Source of the DNA: Candidatus Helarchaeota archaeon
GTDB taxonomy: Archaea > Asgardarchaeota > Lokiarchaeia > Helarchaeales > RDOG01
DNA: 64,000 bases
NCBI GenBank assembly: GCA_019058315.1
Contig: JAHPZH010000004.1
Location: 540,682 to 604,681, forward strand
Reading direction: 5' to 3'
Numbering within the stretch: the stretch's first letter is position 1; every line of letters starts with the position of its first letter. The translations under genes were made by a program, and so were the position numbers. The notes beneath the pieces are model-generated. The model made no database searches, had not been told where the DNA came from, and saw only the letters and a list, made by a program, of their open reading frames with translations. Of this stretch, positions 58,338-64,000 are shown one piece after another.

Positions 58338-60035
58338 TTAGTCAAACCTTCTAGGATGTTTCCGTTCTGTTTGTTTTTTTTCCTTAGATTCTTTTGGCTT
58401 AATTTTTTCTTCCTTTTCTTTTGGTCTCATTTGTGATAAACAATAAACAAAGATGGTACATAATGGAATACCAAAGATCAACATTATGAATATGATTGTA
58501 AACATATCTGCTTGAGCATTTTTATAATAAGGTATGGTGAAAATTTCTTTTGCAGAACCAACTCTGCCGTTACTATATATTCTTTGGGCATATATATCAA
58601 AACTGCTGCGAGCATCTTCCCATACGATGATTGCCCCATCATTAGAATCACTACATATTTTAGGGTTGTTTTGATCATTATTCAAATCACAAATTAACCT
58701 TCCATATTGTTCCAATTTTAAATTTCCAGAAAGATCTAAAAATTGACAGTAGATTCCATATTCATTAGTCGTTGTTCTATTATCCGCCCATACTAAAATT
58801 GCACCAGTGCTTCGATTGATAATTTGATGATTTATTTGATTTGATGAATGAGTACAAATTCCTGTACCATTTAAAGCCCATCTGACGCTGCCAGTTGAAT
58901 TGATGTGTTGCCCATAAATATCATTATGATTACCTGCTGTACGAGTATCTAACCAAGTGATAATAGCTCCTTGCGAGTTATCTATACATAATTTTGGGTC
59001 TACTTGGCTATTTGAATCATTACAAATAACAGTTCCATTTAGATCCCATTCAGCATCACCCGCTTGGTTTAATTTTTGGGCAAAGATATCAGAATTTAAG
59101 TTTCTCATATCCTCCCAAACAATTATACAGCCTTGATTCTCATCTGATATAACATTTATTGATTGTTGATTGCTATCTTTAGTACAAACAACAGTACCGT
59201 TATTATTCCATTTTGTAAATCCTGTATTATTTATTAACTGTGCATAAATATCTATATTACCATTTCTTAAATCTTCCCATACAATTATTGCGCCACCATT
59301 TCCATCTGTACATATTTTAGTGTTATTTTGAATTCCAGTACTATTACAGATAGGTATGCCATTGTTCTGCCACTGTGTTTGTCCGTTAGCGTCAATATAT
59401 TGAGTATAAATATCTTCAGAAGTTGATCTATTATCAGACCAGGCAATAATTGCTCCTCCACTTGAATTACTAACTATTTGAGGGTTTTTCTGATAACTAC
59501 TAGCATCACAGATAACTTTTCCATTGAGAGTCCATTTGATATTACCTGTCTCATTTATTTTTTGTGCATAAATATCCGATTCAATTGCACTAATTCGATC
59601 GTCTTGCCATACAATAATTGCTCCCCCAGAACCATCAGAAATCAATTGAGGATTTGTCTGGTTGTTAGATGCGTTACAAATCACATTACCATTCAATTCC
59701 CAATTATCTCTTTGCGTAGCTCCGCTAAAGCCAACCTCTTGAGCATAAATGTCCCAGTTTCCAGATCTATTATCTTGCCAAACAACAATTGCTCCCTCTC
59801 CACTCATAATTATTTGTAAATTAGTTTGATTTTCATTGGCTTGACAAATTGGATTTCCATTTTTTGACCAACAATTAGTATGAATGTTATAATCACTTAC
59901 TTTAGATGAAGTAATATTTAATGTATAAATCTTATTTGTGAAGGTATAATGTAATCCTATAATCCCAACGCTTGAAATTAAAATAAAAATTATCAGAATT
60001 CCAAAGAGATAACTTTTCTTTACCATTAAACTCAT
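58338..60035 (-). CDS. Membrane-anchored beta-propeller repeat surface protein
   Basis: About 7 repeats of GxxIC....Q.NP...SDG.GGAIIVWxDxR...DIYAQ; N-terminal signal, C-terminal TM + charged tail. Confidence 0.85.
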   Translation of the reverse strand: MSLMVKKSYLFGILIIFILISSVGIIGLHYTFTNKIYTLNITSSKVSDYNIHTNCWSKNGNPICQANENQTNLQIIMSGEGAIVVWQDNRSGNWDIYAQEVGFSGATQRDNWELNGNVICNASNNQTNPQLISDGSGGAIIVWQDDRISAIESDIYAQKINETGNIKWTLNGKVICDASSYQKNPQIVSNSSGGAIIAWSDNRSTSEDIYTQYIDANGQTQWQNNGIPICNSTGIQNNTKICTDGNGGAIIVWEDLRNGNIDIYAQLINNTGFTKWNNNGTVVCTKDSNQQSINVISDENQGCIIVWEDMRNLNSDIFAQKLNQAGDAEWDLNGTVICNDSNSQVDPKLCIDNSQGAIITWLDTRTAGNHNDIYGQHINSTGSVRWALNGTGICTHSSNQINHQIINRSTGAILVWADNRTTTNEYGIYCQFLDLSGNLKLEQYGRLICDLNNDQNNPKICSDSNDGAIIVWEDARSSFDIYAQRIYSNGRVGSAKEIFTIPYYKNAQADMFTIIFIMLIFGIPLCTIFVYCLSQMRPKEKEEKIKPKESKEKKQTERKHPRRFD

Positions 60036-60236
60036 TCCTATTATACATGATACCCTTAATTCACATTTCTATAAATTAACTTGTAAAGTAATATAAATTA
60101 ATTATAATTTTCTTCAAATACTGAAAAAATCTAGTGGTATAACCATAAAAATATATTTAATAAAAGGGCAGTTTTTTTTAAATTTTTATGTCCTATTACT
60201 TATTGATAATTTACTTCTAAAAGAAGAGGTATTTTA

Positions 60237-60782
60237 ATGTCAAATATCTTGGGGATTATCTTATTTGGAGAAGTTGATCAATCATTAGGAAAATTTTTGC
60301 AACAGAACCTTCTAAAATGCTTTGATATATTTCAAAAAGTTGTAATATTTGACAAGACCGAAGAAATTCTAAATAAAGCTTATGATAAAATAAGAAAACA
60401 ATATTTATCAACTCCATTTTTGAATTTGGTTAAAAAAAGAGCTGAAAAAGAGAAATATTTTAAAGCAATCGGAGTTACAAACGTGGATCTTTACGTTCCA
60501 TCTTTAAATTTCGTTTTTGGAGTTGCGAAAAATCGTGCATGCATGATATCCATTCATCGACTTCATCCTGAATTCTGGGGCAACCTTCCAGATCAAGCTC
60601 TCTTTTTAGAACGTACTCTAAAAGAATCAATACATGAATTAGGCCATACACTCGGCTTGAGTCATTGTAATAATAATTGTATTATGCGATTCTCAAATAG
60701 TATTATAGATACTGATAATAAACCAAAGGAATTTTGTTCTAATTGTGGTAAACAGCTCCTTAAATTCAAAAATTCTGATTAA
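60237..60782 (+). CDS. amzA: Archaemetzincin
   Basis: NFVFG, HELGHTLGLSHC...CIMRFSNS...D.K...FC..C. Confidence 0.93.
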   Translation: MSNILGIILFGEVDQSLGKFLQQNLLKCFDIFQKVVIFDKTEEILNKAYDKIRKQYLSTPFLNLVKKRAEKEKYFKAIGVTNVDLYVPSLNFVFGVAKNRACMISIHRLHPEFWGNLPDQALFLERTLKESIHELGHTLGLSHCNNNCIMRFSNSIIDTDNKPKEFCSNCGKQLLKFKNSD

Positions 60783-60919
60783 ACATTGTAATAATCTTTT
60801 TAAACATTAGTTTCAAATTGAAAAATCATTTTTTTATCATTTGTAATAATTGTAAATTATTAAATTTTAAAAAGAAATAGAATCATTAATACAAAAATTA
60901 CTAATTTGGAGATTTTTTA

Positions 60920-61912
60920 ATGAGTATAGATTTCGGAAACGGAGTAGACAGCGCAAAAATAACTATTCTATCTAATAACACGATAGATTTAACTCTTCAG
61001 ACTGATCCTAAATTTAAAGGAAAAGTAATTCAACCAACAGTATCAGTAGTAAATGCTATTGGAGAACATGCATTAGCAATGAGCATTGAGGTAAATGGGG
61101 CGAATATTTTATATGATTTCGGTGGAATGGGTCTCGCAATTCTGAAAAATTTAGAAATTCTTAAGGTTAAACCAGAAAACTTCCAAAAAGCTGTCTTATC
61201 TCATGGACATTTTGACCATTTCGGCACAATATTCAAATTATTACCTTTAATGGGTTCAAACAAGGAAATTATTGTAGATCCTAATATATATAAGCAAAAA
61301 GTAGGATTTCTTGGTGAGGCTGGGGAAATAGTTGATATTAATGCATTAAGAGAAAATTATCGAGCTTATAAAAAAGCTAAAAAAGTTCGAGAAATGCCTG
61401 GATTAAAAAAGAATTTGCTTGAAAAATTGATTTCAGATAATCAACAAACTCTAATTGAAACAACAGAACCTATGGAATTAGCCCCTGGTGTGTGGACATC
61501 AGGTGAAATAGAGTTACTCGATAAAAGTGAATTGACCAATAACCTATTTCTCAAAATTGATAAAACTACTTTTGAAGAGGAATCATTTCGAGATGAAATT
61601 GCGATTTATATTAAAGTTAAAGATAAAGGTCTCGTTGTTTTAACAGGGTGTGGGCATACAGGTATAATTAACACAATTAAATATGGTCAGAAACTTTCTG
61701 GGGTAGATAAAATATACGCTGTTATAGGTGGCTTTCATCTAAATTGGGCAACAGAAGAACATTTAGATAAAGTTGTAAATTATTTCAGTGAATTAAAACC
61801 AGAAATAATATGTGGAATGCATTGTACAGGGTTTAAATTTAATACTAAAATATTCTCAAAAATGCCAGATAATGCAACCCTAGGATTGGTTGGTACAAAA
61901 TTCATCCTTTAA
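60920..61912 (+). CDS. MBL-fold metallohydrolase, 7,8-dihydropterin-6-yl-methyl-RFA-P synthase-like
   Basis: GEHAL, SHGHFDHFG, DEIA, TGCGHTG, GGFHL, MHCTG. Confidence 0.85.
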   Translation: MSIDFGNGVDSAKITILSNNTIDLTLQTDPKFKGKVIQPTVSVVNAIGEHALAMSIEVNGANILYDFGGMGLAILKNLEILKVKPENFQKAVLSHGHFDHFGTIFKLLPLMGSNKEIIVDPNIYKQKVGFLGEAGEIVDINALRENYRAYKKAKKVREMPGLKKNLLEKLISDNQQTLIETTEPMELAPGVWTSGEIELLDKSELTNNLFLKIDKTTFEEESFRDEIAIYIKVKDKGLVVLTGCGHTGIINTIKYGQKLSGVDKIYAVIGGFHLNWATEEHLDKVVNYFSELKPEIICGMHCTGFKFNTKIFSKMPDNATLGLVGTKFIL

Positions 61913-62110
61913 TTTTCAATTATTTTTTTTACTTAATATCTAATTTATATAAATGATTTTTGAAAAAAATTTTTAAAAATCCTAATTTCTCATATAGAAT
62001 CAATTAAATTTGCATTATTTTATATTTATGACGTAATATCTTATTGAATAATGCTTATCATTTAAAAAAATTAATAAATTTTAACGACAAAAATTTGGAG
62101 AAATGATTTA

Positions 62111-62881
62111 ATGGAATCATATCAACTTCCCATTTTATTAGTGAATGCAGAAACTACGGGTGAGGCTTGGATTAAAACTGTGAAAGCAGTTTGGGATAAT
62201 GGTAAAATGATGCCAAATCATTATGAAGATAAGCCGTCCAAAGAAGCGACCGTATTAGTCAATGTTTCAAATCCTCTAAAAGAACCTAGAGTTCACATGG
62301 CAGATTATGTTTCTACACAAGATATAAAGATTAAGAATACATATACTAAAGAAGTTTTAAAAGGAACTATTGACCATTTAGTTGATAAAGGCAGTCTTTC
62401 TTACACGTATCACCGCCGTCTTTGGAATTGGGGTAAATCTGTGCCCAAACATGATGAGATACTAAAAACAAAAAACCTTCCTATGGTAGAAGTTCCTCCT
62501 GAAGGGATAAATCAAATTGAATATCTTATCCAAAAAGCAAAAGAGGAAAATATATCCCGAAAACTCCAAGTTACGACATGGGCTCCCTGGAAAGATCTAA
62601 AAGTAAGTGGAGCTCCATGTCTTCAACGTATTTGGTTTAGGATCACTGATGATAAATATCTTATAATGGAAACACATTGGAGATCCCGCGACCTTTTCAA
62701 GGCATGGGGTTCCAACGTTTACGCTATGGCCGAATTAGGGAAAATGATTGCTGATAGATTAGATTTGAAATTAATCCAATATGTAGATTTGAGTAATTCT
62801 CTCCATATTTACGAATCTGATTTTAAAGATGTTGACGGAGTCTTTAAAACTTTAGAAAAACGTGGAATTAAATGTGAATAA
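62111..62881 (+). CDS. thyA: Thymidylate synthase, archaeal type
   Basis: YTYHRRL, INQIEY, SRK, APCLQ, WRSRD..KAW..N, SLHIYE. Confidence 0.9.
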   Translation: MESYQLPILLVNAETTGEAWIKTVKAVWDNGKMMPNHYEDKPSKEATVLVNVSNPLKEPRVHMADYVSTQDIKIKNTYTKEVLKGTIDHLVDKGSLSYTYHRRLWNWGKSVPKHDEILKTKNLPMVEVPPEGINQIEYLIQKAKEENISRKLQVTTWAPWKDLKVSGAPCLQRIWFRITDDKYLIMETHWRSRDLFKAWGSNVYAMAELGKMIADRLDLKLIQYVDLSNSLHIYESDFKDVDGVFKTLEKRGIKCE

Positions 62882-63037
62882 GTAAAAAAAATCAGAAAAA
62901 CTCAAGAAAAAGAAATCAGACAACAAAAATATTAATTCATTCACGAATTTTTTTTATTTTTATAAATATTCTAAAAATTTTAAATTGCATTTAAATTATA
63001 CATTTGTCTAATATGAAATAATAAAAGGGGCTATGAG

Positions 63038-63136
63038 ATGTATCCTGAATATATAATTTTATTTGGAGCAGGTGCAAGTTATAGTTCCGATACTAGTGAT
63101 ACACCACCACTTGGAACCAAATTATTTGATGGATAG
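63038..63136 (+). pseudogene. Truncated N-terminus of a SIR2-like (SIR2_2) protein
   Basis: Hand translation MYPEYIILFGAGASYSSDTSDTPPLGTKLFDG*: GAGAS...PPL motif followed by an early stop. Confidence 0.6.
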
Positions 63137-63173
63137 AAAAATAAATCAAATACACAAAGTAAAAAAAGGAAAA

Positions 63174-64000
63174 TTAAAGATTTTGCTGTTTTTGCTTTTT
63201 ATTAGCAACTTTCAATTTATTATTTTCTTTAGAAATTTCATTAACTTGTTTACTCTTTTTAATAAACATTACCGTAAGTATAGAAACCGCCGCAATGAAG
63301 CCTAAAATAATTCCTAGACCGAGGGGTGATACTAAAGGAAGATCTCCTGCCCCTTGTGGAGGGATTAAAATAAGAGGTGCTTCTGTTGATTCTTCCGGAT
63401 TATTTGGATCAGTATGATAGACAAAAATTTCATCATAATCATTCACTCCATCACCATCTGTATCATTATTCGTTGGATCAGTATTGTAAACGTTTATTTC
63501 GGCGGAATCATTCAGGTTATCGCTATCAGTGTCATTATTCGTGGCGTTTGTTGGATAAATGACAATTTCATCATAGTCACTTAGACCATCACCATCCGTG
63601 TCATTGGTTGTGGGGCTAGTTGGAAAAATTAAGAGTTCACTATAATCATTTAACCCATCATAATCAGTATCGGAATTTGAACCGTTTGTACCGTAAATTA
63701 TTGCTTCGTTATAATCATCAATTCCATCATCATCCGTGTCGATATCTGACGTATTTGTGTTGTAATACCAAACTTCCTGAATGAAACTCAGACCATCCGA
63801 ATCCAAATCATCACTGCCGCACTGACGAACCTTTATGCACCGCAAGCCCGAAGTATCATCGGCAACGTATGCCATGTCTCCCGAGACCGCCACACCAACT
63901 GCGTGACCTGGCGTGTCGTAATACCCTATTTCGGACGGGGCGGACGGGGCGCTGATGTCAATGCACCGCAAGCCATCATCAGAATCGGCAACGTATGCCA
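63174..64000 (-). CDS. 5'-truncated surface protein: LVIVD repeats + TSP3-like Ca-binding DxDxDG repeats + C-terminal TM
   Basis: Frame open to window end; [16 protein letters not shown] repeats 126 bp apart; DTDxDGLxDxxE x6; [22 protein letters not shown] + KK. Confidence 0.85.
   Translation of the reverse strand, partial: AYVADSDDGLRCIDISAPSAPSEIGYYDTPGHAVGVAVSGDMAYVADDTSGLRCIKVRQCGSDDLDSDGLSFIQEVWYYNTNTSDIDTDDDGIDDYNEAIIYGTNGSNSDTDYDGLNDYSELLIFPTSPTTNDTDGDGLSDYDEIVIYPTNATNNDTDSDNLNDSAEINVYNTDPTNNDTDGDGVNDYDEIFVYHTDPNNPEESTEAPLILIPPQGAGDLPLVSPLGLGIILGFIAAVSILTVMFIKKSKQVNEISKENNKLKVANKKQKQQNL

Noticed and set aside
63063-63305. 80-aa plus-strand ORF
   Set aside because: Out of frame with the SIR2-like motif and overlaps the 3' end of the LVIVD gene; no features

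Overview
AT-rich (roughly 28-30% GC by eye), gene-dense archaeal chromosomal window, very probably from an Asgard archaeon (Lokiarchaeia/Helarchaeales-like). This is inferred from three longin/uDENN-like domains, CCxC/zinc-ribbon proteins, many single-pass sequon-rich surface proteins and frequent SD-supported TTG starts. About 58 CDS; no rRNA, tRNA, CRISPR or intact mobile element was seen. Housekeeping and metabolic content: ABC exporter, GlcD/E/F-like oxidoreductases with an embedded polyprenyl synthase, CrtI-like and FixC/GGR-like flavoproteins, ZIP+NikR, methanogenesis marker 9, Fe-ADH, nitroreductases, MoaD/E, corrinoid + MT2 methyltransferase, ferritin-like/SOR/rubredoxin, a D-aminoacylase/enolase-superfamily/amidohydrolase cluster, M20 peptidase, GT2 and GT-C, archaemetzincin, ThyA. 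Best novelty candidates: (1) a 2607-aa single-pass surface protein whose cytoplasmic tail looks like an adaptin/COP appendage (sandwich + platform) followed by a longin domain, i.e. a receptor fused to coat-adaptor-like modules; (2) a protein with four VASP-FAB/WH2-like helical motifs; (3) a TrmB-like protein with a ~680-aa helical insertion coupled to a coiled-coil partner; (4) a PAS-uDENN/longin fusion; (5) an atypical prenyl synthase inside a GlcDEF-like operon. Three small ORFs missing from the ORF track were read by hand (rubredoxin, a zinc-finger microprotein, a SIR2-like remnant). All domain calls are from motif recognition by eye; no database searches were run.
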